From: Entomortierella parvispora E1425
Taxonomy: Eukaryota > Fungi > Mortierellomycota
Assembly (NCBI GenBank): GCA_020891255.1
Contig: BQFW01000002.1
Span: 1,860,001-1,924,000, forward strand
Direction of reading: 5' to 3'
Length of the DNA: 64,000 nt
Shown here one piece after another: positions 13,148-25,800 of the stretch. The notes under the pieces were generated by a model. The model saw nothing but the letters and a program-made list of their open reading frames with translations. It was not told where the DNA came from and did no database searches. How positions within the stretch are numbered: the stretch's first letter is position 1; the number at the start of each line of letters is the position of its first letter. A program made the translations under genes and the position numbers.

Positions 13148-16100
13148 ATGAACCAACCCATCTCAATAACGGACACGCTCAAGCGTCGTAAGTGAACCAT
13201 TCAATTTCTAGACCAAGCCCATTCTATGGAAAGCACGGTTTCTTTCTTAAAGGGTTTCTGGGAGCGCCATGGATTTACTTCGGCAGACTGAATGTCTCAT
13301 CAAGGACATACATCCTTTCTTACATTCTCTCTCTTTCTCTTCGCTCAGGATTCTTGGAATCGATCGACAATGTAAAGGTCGAGCCTGGCCGCTACAAGTA
13401 TGTCATCATGGATGTCAAAGCAACCGAGATTATGGCCTCGGCAGGATGTACTCTGGCCGATGTCCTTGCTCGAGAGGGCACCATGTGTAAGCTCCTTCTT
13501 CTAAGAACAATGCCTTTGCCCTTTGCCCAATTTTTTTTTCTTACTCTATTTGTGGAGTCAGGAGGTGGGCCTGTATCCATATGCCGTTATCGCTTTAGTC
13601 GTTGTACTATGCAGAAGCTGTTGGAGGAGATGGCTGTTCTGTACAGATGGGAGAGACAGTGTAAAAATGATAAGCTATGCAGCCGATGTAGTCCCCTTTC
13701 TAACAAGGACAACATCCTTCTGCCATCTCTCTCCCCCTCTCTTTCTCGTTTTAGATCTGGAAAACTTGGAGAAGCGGCGTTCTCCTTCACCCAATGTGGA
13801 GGCGATCTACTTTGCAATGCCAACAGAAGATTCAGTCCGACGCATTATAAGAGACTTTAAGCCAAATCGTCAGTCCACCTATGCTGCAGCCCATTTGTTT
13901 TTCTTAGCGGGTAACGTGTCATGATTCTACTCGTACCTCGCCCTTTGTGTCAGCTGTTATGTGAAGCAGTGCCCTATGAAAAAATAAGAATATGTACAAA
14001 GAAACAGCCAAAAAAAAGGGATGTTCAGACTAACATGCATTTTGGATTCACTCTCTATAGCTATGGACGACAAATTGTTTGACCACCTTCGAGCATCCAC
14101 GGATCCAAAGTATATCAAGAGTTTGAAGGAGCTTTTCATGGACTTTTACGGTAATATGTTGCCGCCTTAGGCGCTATTTTTCTGATTACGTTTCCCTAAT
14201 CTCCTACTAACTCATGATTTTTGCGGTTAAACCTCATAGCCGTCGAGTCCCGGGTCTTTTCTCTTGGGAATAGAAACTCTTTCTTCAACCTGTATTCACC
14301 CATGCTGCGCCAAGTTAACCAGCAAGCTGAAATCAACTCCATCTCCAAACAGGTATAACAGGTCTTTTGCAACCGGGCATCACCACAGGCAGGGATTGTG
14401 AGAGTTGAAGCATTGATTAACAATTTTTTTTTGTTCATTATTCTTTTTCAGTTAATCTCTGTCTGTGCTTCGTTGCAGATTAACCCTATCGTCTCGTACC
14501 ACCGATCGACGGATTCGAGCATGCAGACCTCTAAATACATTGCCATGACGGTGCAGACCGATCTAGATGATTACTACAAGGGTCAACCTCGAAGCGGAGT
14601 AAGAAATCTGGATGAAAAGCGCGTGGATTTTGGTCGCGCTTTCATATTCAATAATGAAAAAAGACACCTAATTTGAAGAAATGCTTTGTTTTCTTGTGAT
14701 AATAGATCAAGCCTCCACAATTGATCGTCATTGACCGCACAGTGGATCCCATTACGCCCATCCTGCATGACTTTTATTACCAGGCGTTATCCGCGGATCT
14801 GTTGCCTATGAAGGATGGCAACAAATACGAATACGGGTCAATTGGTCCAGAGGGACAACCCGTCGATAAGGTGGCGGTTCTGGATGAGAACGACAAGACA
14901 TTTATGAAGATTAGACACAGTCATATCACCGACTGCATCAAGTTCTTGAGGACCAATGTGGATACATTTGCTTCGGAGTCAAAGGCAAAGCCGTACGTAT
15001 CCATAACAGCATTGCATGATGTGGGTCTTGTTCAGTTACGAACTGCGTTGACTGACGGCATTTTACAAATTTAATCGTTCTAGAAATGGTGGTCAGTTGG
15101 ACTATATCAGGGAGCAAATGGCCAAGTTGCCTCAGTTCCAGGAAAATAAGGAGAAGGTAAAGAGACAATGATAAAATTGAGCATTATACGGGTCGTCTGT
15201 GCCATCGGCTGTTCTAAATTCTCTATGTTCCTCCTTACTACTGTCTTTAGTTCTCAGCTCATTTATCGATTTTGAACGAGTGCATGGAGTACATCAAGCA
15301 CAACAAGTTGGTGGACATTGCGGGACTCGAACAGTCTCTAGCTACAGGGCAGTTGGAGAACGGTGACATCCCAAAGACATTCGACCCTGAGATTGCCACC
15401 TTTATGGACGACAGTAGCGTTCGAATGGTGGATCGACTTCGACTTTTGATGTTGTATTTCATCACGCAGGCTGTACCTCAGGAATCGAGAAATCAACTTT
15501 TCCAGCTTAGTCGATGTGCTTATGGAGATCGAGAAATTGCAAACAATCTTGAGTTGTTAGGAGTCAAGTTGGACGTGGCTGCTCCCCCACCAGTCAAAAA
15601 GTCATGGATCACCGAGTTGCTGAAGAAGAAATCAACAGCGGATGATGACACTGAGTACGATCTCCCCCGCTACATGCCTGCCATGAAGGGTATTATTGAT
15701 GTAAGGATATATCCGGCCAATGGTATCTACGCATTTCACAATATTGACACACGATATCCATCCTAACATGATTTTTTTTTTACTTTTTCAAACAGGGTAT
15801 TGTGAATGAAACGATTGACAGGAATCAATACCCCTATACGTTGGCTCCAGAACAGCTCGAGACGATCCAGGCCCGCAAGACGGTCCGATCTCTGCGATCT
15901 GCTCAGCCAACCTTTCACCACAAGGGTCGCAGGAATGAGCCTCAGGGCCGATTGATCATCTTTATTGCAGGAGGCATGACTTATAGCGAGATTCGGTGCG
16001 CTTATGAGTCTGCGGCAGCGCACAATTGGGATGTGCTGATTGGATCCACCCACATCATCACCCCTCCTTCGTTTATGGAGGACATGCGTATGCTCCGGTC

Positions 16101-16359
16101 TGGTCCTCCTCCACCTCCTCCACCACCCCCTCGCTCCCCCTCTCCACCACCCCACGAGGAAGCTGACTCCCAAAAGAGTTCCAACAGCAGCAGTCCGTTC
16201 TCGAGCGTCAAGAATGTGTTTGGAGGAAGCAAACCCAAACCCCAAGTCCAACAACCTGTTCCTCAGAGACCCACCAGTCAGCTGCAACAACAACAACACC
16301 ATTCTTCCTCAAGCGAAGCGTCCAAGGTTAAGGAGAAGATCAAGGGATTCTGGAAGTAA
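13148..16359 (+). CDS. SEC1: Sec1/Munc18 (SM) family vesicle-fusion protein
   Basis: ATG 13148 (MNQPISITDTLKR, then intron). LEKRRSPSPNVEAIYFAMPTEDSVRRII, VIDRTVDPITPILHDFYYQAL, LAGLEQSLATG, RLRLLMLY, RLIIFIAGGMTYSEIRCAYE...VLIGSTHIITP. Many introns. Confidence 0.85.
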
Positions 16360-16836
16360 AATTCTAGGAGACATTCCCCCATAGACAGCACAGTCAAAGC
16401 ACTGCCAACCCAATCTTTGCGCCCAACAATAATAAAGAGTTGTATGGTCGTTGTTTTAGAATGCAAAGTTGAGGGGAGCAAGAAGGCAACCAACCCCGCC
16501 AGTTGCGTATATCAAGCACAAGACGTCCCATGGTAAAATTGCAGCTGTCAGCAAGGTGTCCAGGGCACCAATTTTTTTTTCGATTCATATGTATTTTTTA
16601 ATCGTTGTCAATGGTCAAAGGCGAACAGGGGGAGAAACATTGATGCGACAAGAGTGGAAGACTGGGAGTAGAGAAAAGACACTGCCCATGATTCCCGAGA
16701 GTTTCGTGGTGCTACTGTTTGCTATTTCGCTCCAGCTCATTCCAAAGATCCCTTCCCGTCCATTGGACTCCCGTTGATCCCATTGCCTGATTTCCGATTT
16801 TGACGATTTATTATCCAGATTTGATGAAGAACATAT

Positions 16837-17802
16837 TTAGTTCTTGCTGGACTCGGGGTTAACGTTCATCTGTACAAAAAAAAAAAAGGAAGTAGTGGTT
16901 AGGATGGAGTATGATAGGTGAGTCTTTGCCCTGCTTTCCTCGGGACAACATATCCCATGACTTACGCGACGCTTTCCACCGGGAGCGTTGGTGACGTTCA
17001 CGAATCTGCGCTTGTAGGTATCGCGCTTCTTGGCACGACCTGGAAGGAGAAGGTGACAAAAACGAGCGTTAGACGCCAAAGAGCTTCGTATAGACAAGCG
17101 GTTCTTTTTTTTCTTCTGGAACAAAAAACCGTCTTCTTACCAGTGAGCTTCTTCTTCTTCTCCTGCTTAGCAACCTTGGGAGTTTGCGACTTGACCTTAC
17201 CGGCACGAGCCAAAGAACCGTGGACTTTACCCTGAAGGTGAACAATGGCACAAAAAAGGGCGATTGGATTAATGGGTTGCACTTTTTTTTTTTGTTCCTG
17301 AGGTAGATTGCTGATCCCGCAACTGTTGATGGCAAGTCCCGGAGGGTGGTGAATCATAGTTTCCAGATGTATTTTTGAATGTGTTGCTGCGGCATCCTGG
17401 CTGCATTCCAGGCCATGCCTGATAATCTCTATCCTGGTAGATCGCCTCATCTTTTTTGCTTCCGTGGTTTGACAAGAGTGGATCGCGGTGTATGTTGTGG
17501 AATAGAGCAGCGTTCTGTAACAGCTCTGTAGAGCGGGTATGCTGTCCTGTTGAAAAGAAGCATCATGGTGTCCGGATGGTGAACTGCAAGTCCTGCCAAC
17601 GCTGTAATCATCTCTGTTGATTAATGAGCGATAGTGATGGTGTCGATATATATTTTTTTCCCGTTTTCTTCCTTGGACAAGTCTTCTTCAAGAGTGGCGA
17701 GTTGGTGGGGCGATGGTGTGAGTCCTGTGGGGATTGATCGATCGATGGATGGAAGGGACCATCGGGATCTATGGATCCGGGATGTTAGCGGTCCTGTACC
17801 AT
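16837..17802 (-). CDS. RPS30: 40S ribosomal protein eS30
   Basis: ATG|GTACAG at 17802, then exons [30 protein letters not shown]|[25 protein letters not shown]|[10 protein letters not shown]. Confidence 0.95.
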
Positions 17803-18015
17803 GATGTATAAATTCGAAAAGGAGAGATCAATTCAGTGGCGGAGAATCGCGAATATATGAATTGAGATTCAATCACGTGACCTCTTCTTCGATGGTTCCT
17901 CTCTTCGCCTTCCACTCCTCCACTTCACTCACCTTCAACCTGTCCTTCACCTCCCCTCTGGCCTTCCCGTTCGTCGCTCTCCTTCTCTTTACATAACAGC
18001 ACCGCCTTACCACAT

Positions 18016-18735
18016 ATGTCTACAGCCGAGAAAAAGACCGCCCTGGTGCTCATTGCTGATGGCACCGAGGAAATGGAGGCTGTCATCACCAGTACGGCCC
18101 ACAACGACTAGAAAACGCGTTCTTCATTTCAATAGTTAGCTCTAACGCGCTCTATCTTTCTTTCTCGCTTCATAGTTGACGTGCTTGTCCGCGCAGGCAT
18201 TGAGGTGACCGTAGCCAGCATCAAAGACAATAACGAGGCCCTCAAGTGTTCTCGAGGTGTCCGTATCTTGCCCGACACTCACCTCTCTGCCCTGCCTTTG
18301 CCCACCGCCACAGCCACAGTAACCATGACGACACAACCGCACCTGTACAACGTGCTCTTCATCCCCGGTGGCGGACCTGGCGCTCAAGCCATGGTTGCAT
18401 CGCCACTTGTCCATCAATGGGTCCAGGTACACATGGCCGCCCCTGGTGTCCTCGTGGCCGCCATCTGCGCTGGACCCACGGTTCTCAAGGCTGCTCAAGT
18501 GGCCAAGGGTGCCCAGGTGACCTCTCACCCAAGTGTCCGCAACGATCTTGACGATTATTTCGTCTATTTGGACGATCTCAAGGGCGAGGAGGCGATCGTG
18601 GTCCATGACCGCGCACACGAGCTGATGACGAGTCGAGGACCAGGATCGACCTTTGCGTTGGCTTTGCGGATTGTCCAGGAGGTGAAGGGCAAGGAGGTGA
18701 TGGAGTCAGTTCGAGGACCCATGATGTTTCCTTGA
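18016..18735 (+). CDS. DJ-1/PfpI family protein
   Basis: MSTAEKKTALVLIADGTEEMEAVIT|IDVLVRAGIEV...FIPGGGPGA...AAICAGPTVL...TSRGPGSTFALAL. Catalytic Glu and Cys contexts present; one intron. Confidence 0.9.
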
Positions 18736-18906
18736 GAGGAAGGAGTCTCTTTCTTCTTTGTTGTTTTTTGTCCGCCAGTATTAACACCATGTACTGCACT
18801 CGTCATCTACCTTTTTCTTTTTCACTTCCTTCCTTACCTGGGTTGTTTTGAAAAAGCTATAAAAAAAACCTGCACTTGCACTTGTTCCTGCACCCCTCTT
18901 CCCACC

Positions 18907-20306
18907 ATGTTGCAATCTAGTCCTTCCATCGAGGACATTAATAAGCGTCTCCAGCATTACCAACATGTCTTCAGGGATCCAGAAGATGTCAAAGAGCTTT
19001 CCAAAATCAGGGGCAATGCTGAGCCAGAAGGTAAATGCGTGAGGTTCATTCACCCAAGTTGTTTCAGGAATCGTCTTGCTGATGATTCTCCAACTTTTTT
19101 TGCTGTGGATATCAGAGCTGCTCGTGCGGTTCAAGTCTGCCATGTGACTCGAAAGTACCTTGGCCTTTTCCCGTTGGACGATCCTTCCAATCAACGGCGG
19201 ATCTTTTTGGCAGTCCAGTTCTTGGTACACAGACTGATGGCCCCAGCACAGCAAGATCTAAAAGAGTTGAAATCGCTGACGGTGGGATCCAGCGGTCTCT
19301 TTGTTCAGCTTGCGATGGAACTGGAGCGTAAAGAACCCAGTTTGAAGGGCGTGATTCCCTCTGCCCTCTCTTCCACCGTGCTCCGGATCTCTCGGGATGT
19401 TTTCGATCTGGAGGCTATGGCGGTGTCGGTACCAGACAAACGCGCGGTCAATACGCAATTCTTGTGGTTTTGCAAGGAGCTCTGCGAGATTAAAAGGGCC
19501 ATCTTTACCATCCAAGAAGAAAAGGTCGGACCCTCAGAAACTGAGAAGCGGCGACTCGTCGAGAATTCTTCTAGTCCAAACACTGCAGGATTTGTATTGG
19601 CAGCTGACCCTCGGCGTAAACGGGCAAAGACTACCCTGATTGAGGGCGAAAATGAATCAACCGTTGTTAATCCCAGTCGCCTGGCGACGCAAACACATGC
19701 CGCTCAGGAACCTGCTAGAGATAAGATGGGTACCCAAGAGAGCAATCCAAACCTGATGCTGACGTCGTCCTCACTCCAGCAACACCCTTCTGTTCTTATC
19801 GTTAGCCAATTCATCTACAGTAGCCACAGCCACAAATTTCAACTACAGAAACCTCTGGCAATTCAACCGAGATGGAAACCCTCCTGATGCACCAGCTAAA
19901 GCTGACTACAATAATCCTCAAGAGAACCGAAGCCCGACTGGCCGCGGTGGAGAAGCGGTTGGGGGATGTTTTCACGAGCGATCAAGGACAGCAGATTGCA
20001 CAGGGAATACAAGGACTACATCAAGTGCAGCATATTATACTGCTGAACCAGCAGGAGATCAGCCATAAGGCAGTGGAGAGCACACGCAATATTGAAAGCA
20101 CTATGAGCAATCTACAACTCGCTTTACATGCGATTGCGCAGAAACTCGACCTTCCTGTGCGTATATTTGCTCAAAGTCGCTATGAACTTCCCTATTCTAC
20201 ACATTATCCTGGGGAAACGACATCCCATGGACCGAATGTCATCACATCATCTACAGTGCCTCTCAGATACCCCCCCACAGCCTCAGAGTCAATTACCTGG
20301 ATATAG
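18907..20306 (+). CDS. Hypothetical protein (326-aa and 144-aa ORFs, probably one gene joined by an intron)
   Basis: Two long same-strand ORFs overlapping by 16 nt. The second frame is open back to a TAG at 19821-19823 that could be a splice acceptor. No family recognised. Confidence 0.5.
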
Positions 20307-20627
20307 ACCAGCTTAGACACTCAATTTTAGATTGTAGCAATAATAATATGAGTAGAATAGATCAACACCAATCCGGCCGACCGCTGCCTTTGAAGAGTGG
20401 ATGTGCAAGACCCTGTGTATACAGGACATTACAGCTCTGGCAATAGAAAGAGGACGGGAAGGCCCATAATAACGAGAGGATAGACAAAAAGTTCTTTAAG
20501 TCATTAGTTTATTTCGTTGCAAGAAAACATGTTGGTAGGAACAAAGAACAAGAGGTATGGTTGGAAAGAACAAAGAGAGGTGATATTCATCAAGGAGAGA
20601 GAGAGAGAGAGAGAGAGATCAGCTCTT

Positions 20628-21635
20628 TCAGAGGATGGAGCATGCGCGCCGACGCATCTTGGCCATCTTTGATTGCATTGCCAACTTGACCGCCGCTTGG
20701 AACACTTCGGGCAGGCCCTTTCCTGTCTTGGCGGAGCACTCAAAGTACTTGCAGTGCAGTGAAGCCGCCACTTGTGCACCCTAGGTAGAGAAGGAATAAA
20801 CACATGGAACAGCTTTGTCAACACTCTTGCAGTGAATGGTTATTTCGCATCTCCTCATTCTCATCTTTGTCCGTGTTTCGACCCTGCCGCTTTACCTGTT
20901 CATAAGTTACAAAGTTGGCCCTCTCCTCTGACGAGGATGCAGACGATGGCGACGATGACGATGGCGAATAATTGGCGGCTGCGGCCATGACCTCATCCCT
21001 CAGATCCGACTTGAGTCCCACCACGATCTTGGGCACCCGTTCCAAGAAATGAGCCAGTTCTGGATGCCACTTCTCTGTCAAGTTTTCCAAACTTTGCGGG
21101 GCATCCAACGAGAAACACATCAGGACCACATCTGATTCCGGGTAGGACAGAGGCCGCAATCGATCATAATCCTCCTGACCGGCCGTGTCCCATAGAGACA
21201 GCTCGATCTGGTTCTTGCCGTGTTGAACCACCATGGTATAGTTCTCAAAGACGGTCGGTACATATTTCTACAAAAGAATGAAAAGGTTTTGTTAGGATTG
21301 ATCGAACTTGGGCCCGCTTTGTTGGTCAAATTTCAGATTTGCGGTTGTAAGCCGTCGTTTACTACTGCTTCTGATGATGGTTGTTGTTGTTGATTTCATA
21401 CCTTGGGGAAGATGCCTTTGGAATGGACGATTAACAAACACGTCTTACCACAGGAACCATCGCCGACCACGACCAACTTCTTGCGGATATCAGGCTAAAA
21501 TGGAATCATGAACGTCGTAAAACGACAAAGACAAAAAAAAAAAAAAAACGTTGGACTTCGGAATCTCGGCATTGCAATGACATGGGTATGACAGCATGCA
21601 CATGCTCGTTTTTCAATCTTTCTCGTTCTTACCAT
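20628..21635 (-). CDS. Rho-family small GTPase, Rho4-like
   Basis: ATG|GTAAGA at 21635; [69 protein letters not shown]; C-terminal [12 protein letters not shown]. Confidence 0.92.
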
Positions 21636-22852
21636 AATGTGATATGAAGAAAAAAAAGAGAGAGGGGTACTGTGTTGTTGTTTTTTTGGAGGTAGAAAAA
21701 GGGAGATAAAAGTGGTGCTGTTGATTCAAGTCGCGCGTCGTGCAAGAAAATCCTAGAAGGTTTTATGAGCGTCAGTAAAAATTTCTACCAAGAGAGCAAC
21801 TTGGGTGCGCGCTGAAAAGGAGAATGAACGAGAGGTAGTTGCCCACAAGGGTAAAGAATAAACGAGATGAAGTAAAGGCACGTTCGCGTGTGTGGATGTG
21901 GATGTTTGCATGCGGGAATAACTCTTTACAGGAAAGGATAGGGAAGATCAGGTTTCAAGTCTTGTCCCTGAAAAAAAAATCGAAAGGTAAACCTTTGGAG
22001 CTTTGAATAGATGAGAGTGTCGACCGTGTGTCAATGGTGCCTGCCGACTGAAAGCCATAAAAGCGAGAAAGACTGTTGGAATGAGCCAGGAGAAGGTCGT
22101 TACCTGTTTATGCAGAGTGAGCGTCAAAGTACACAAGGATGGGGGAAAGCAAATGAAAGAAGCGAGAAACTAAAAAAAAAAAAAAAAAAAACAGCGACAA
22201 GTGAAATGCAAGGATGCAGACAGTGGAAAAGAGAGGGGGAAAAAAGTGATTTCGTTGCTGCCCAACTGCCTGGACTGACAGACAGGCAGGTAGAAATAAG
22301 GATTAGGCCGTTTGTTGGTGCGTCAGAGCATCTCTCTCTTTTCTCTCTCGACTTTTTTTAACTTGCTTTTGGCTGACGCGCCAAGTGTGGATTAGAAAGT
22401 GCTTGTTCGGTGACTGTTGCTGATGACTTTGTTCGAACCTTGGTCATGCAGCGCTACAAGAGGTATATGAAGATGGAAAATGTGGCGCGTCCATTTGTGT
22501 CCCCCTTCCTTACTCCTTTTCGATGGACCTGAACACTGGGAATAGGAGATTCGCTGGTGTGGTATCTGTTGTTTTTCAAGCACTTCCAGCAGTAGCCTTA
22601 GGGCGTTTTCTGTCGACAGGCAGTCCTCCATGATTCGGAGAAATAAAGACACATCAAGAAGTGAGGGCAGGGGACGTACTCGCTTTTTGAAACAGGAGTT
22701 CGTAGACTTTTTATTGCAACTGACTAACATCCTTGATAAAACGGCGGCCCTCAACACCACAAAAATCATTGTCCACGCGACGGGTCTGAAAAGATACCAC
22801 CGATTCGTTCATGGCGATTACATTTATTACAGCGTTGTCCAAAAATCATAAA

Positions 22853-25800
22853 TTATTTCTTGGAGGCGATACTGAAGGCACTCTTCAAACGCCGCCTCAT
22901 TGTTGAGCCATTGGAAGCTGTTGAAGAAGACGAGGTTGCACCCTGTGGTAGCTGCTGCATCGGGGCAGAAGAAGAGGAGGCAGAAGAATTGTTGGTGTAG
23001 GGTAAGGAGGACGAGGATGTTGAAGCAATCAAGTTGGACGAAGAAGAGTTTGAAGTAGATGACAGGGTCAGGGACGATGTTGAAGTCAAACCTCCAGACG
23101 ATCTGCGATTGCTGCCACTAGCACTGTGGCCTGCAGGGGCACAGGGGTTTCTGTCTGAATCCGATTTGGAGGATTTGCTAGGCAGAGCTGATGAGGACGA
23201 CTGAGGAGTGGTTTCCAAGTCATACTCTTCTTCACCATCCCTCATCCGGATGACCACCTTCTTGGCCTGGCCCGACATTCGACTCTTGAGGATCGAGAGT
23301 CCCTTGGCAGAGACATCCGTGTACCGCAGATCAATCTCCAAGTACTTCTGGAATGGAACCGGCTTGGGCACTGCAGGCAAAGGGGTGGCTGCAGAACCAT
23401 TGGCGGGGGTCTTGTTCTCTGCCTTCTTGCTGTTAGAATCGTCCTTGTTGCCACGAGTTGTCCCAGATCGGATCAGGTTTGAGAACGAAGCCCGGGCCGA
23501 AGTGGGAGATGACGATGAAGAGGAGGATGACGAGGACGACGAGGTCGAGGTCCTGCCAGAAACCACTGTTGTCAAAGGCGTGGCAGAATTTTCGGTCGCC
23601 ATCGTCGTAGTAACAGGGCGAGCACTGTAACTAGGCAGAGCTGGCTCATGGTCCTCTGTCACCGTCGTGGTTTGCTCCAACATCCGCTCCCTCGCATGGA
23701 TACGATCGCCCAAATACTGTGCGCAGCCATCACCAAAGCCCGAGCTCACAATCTCGACCACCTCGATCCATCGAAAGGACACTCTGGCCAAGATATCCAC
23801 CCAATCATCTGCTGTCACCCTACGAAAACCATGGAGACCAATGGTCGACAAGTGAATAAGCCGCGACAAGAGCTCCTGCAGGTGACCAATACCGTTCTTG
23901 GAGAGGGATGAGCAGCTTAGTCGTAGAGTTCGCAACTGCAATGGTGCAGAGGTCGAGAAGAATGCTGGCGGAGGTAATGCCGGTGATGAGGGAGGCGAGG
24001 ATGCATTCGAGAAGGTATCAGATGTCGGTGACTGTAGTGGAGATGACAGTCCTCCGGATGCATCTCTTGTTCCCTTGGCGAGGCTGGCAATAGCTCGATC
24101 TCCGAGCAAGACGCCTTGAATATTAAGAGTAATCAGTCGAGTCAATTGAAGCTCGCTCAATAGAGTGGCCCAGTCATTGTCGTCGACAGAATCAAACGAG
24201 CAGAGTTCCAGATGGGTTAGGGTCGGTTCATTCAGCAGAGAACCAAAGGACAGCGAATTTGGGTCAGCGGCGACGACAGGTGCAGCAGTGGCAACAGCTG
24301 AAAACCCGCCATTACCATCGCCAGATCCAAGAATATCCTCTAAAGCCCGTTGCGGAGTTCGAGTTGCTCTCCTTAGTACCCTCTTCATGGCCGAAATACC
24401 AGCATGCTCGAGTCCCTTGCCATGAATGACCAGGCGCCGCAGTCGACAGCAGTTCTTTGCCCCAATCGGTCGAGTGCCAAGCTCGAGCGCGTGAGCGTGT
24501 TTGTCGTTGAATCCGATGAAGCAAAGTTCCAAATCTTCAAGATCAGCTCCTTCGTCCGTCAACAGTTCCTCAAGCGACTCGAGCAAACGAGTTTTTGCCT
24601 CCCCCACAGCCCGGCACTCTGCAAGATAAAGTCGAACCAATTTCGAAGAGGCAACATTGGCGGAGAGTTCCAGCTTTCGGTTCATACCAACTCCACAGCT
24701 GCTGGTACCCGCAATCCTGAACAAGTCCAGTCGCTGTAACCTTGACAAGCCAGTCAGGCATGCTTGGAGGATTCGAATATGCCCAGGAATCGTATCAGGG
24801 TAACCCAGGGCAATCTCTGTTAGGAAACTGAACGCAGGCAACGCCGAAATTAGTTGGGGGATGTATAGATCCTGTGTCAGGATCCTGGGTTGCTGACCCT
24901 CCGCGTCCTGTCCACCTCTGTTTCCCGCCTGAGCCTTGTTGTAGGCATGACTGCGATTGTTGGTCTTCATGATGCTGAGAATGTCCAGGTTCGAAAAATC
25001 CATCGCTCCGATGTTCGGAACCGAAAAGATGTCAATGTCGCCTTCCAGCGCCAAGTGCCTGATTTTGCGATTCTTGGCCAGAGTCAAGATGGCGCTGATC
25101 GGCTGCTGATCATCGTCATCGGCAACGTGCGTTAGGTCCCTTCGCCAGATGAGTGGAGCGATATTCTTGCCGAGGCGAATGGAGAGCGTTGATACCGTCG
25201 TGACATCTCTCTTCATCAAATCGGACAACATTGCGAATTCCTTTGTGGAAAAGCTCCAGTCGAGGGTAAAGTCAATCTTGAACAAGGATCGAATCTTGGA
25301 GACGGCAATGATCCGAGAATTGAGTTGATTCTCAGTCATGCTCACGAATGAGGAAGAGCGAGTGTGGGGCTCAAAGGACATTTGTAGGAACTGAAGTTTG
25401 CTTGCAAAGATCTTGTCCAACCTTTCATGGTTCAAATTATAGAACTTTTCGCATCCCCACCGAACTTGACCGGCGTTCAAGGTCACCCGGTAGAGGCCAC
25501 TGCCGCCTCGATGAACATCATGCGTCGCCTGATCCAAAGTCGACAGGGATGAGTCTGACGCACTCAGCTGTGTATAAGAGGGTCGCTTCACAATCGCGTC
25601 CAACAGTCGAAAGTCATTCAAGTCCAGCTTTTTGATTGCCTCTGTGACCTCGTCCTCTTCGTAATCGTCGCCCAAAAGAGTTTCCATAAACAGAATGGAC
25701 CGCTCCACGTTTTGCTTGAGCTTGAAGAACAGTTGGGGGTCAATTCCAGATTTGCCACCGACACTTATTCCACTGCTGCTCATGATTGGGACGGGTCGGT

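Noticed and set aside
13192-13860. 222-aa ORF overlapping the SEC1 5' end
   Set aside because: Read-through of SEC1 introns and exons in mixed frames; explained by the spliced model.
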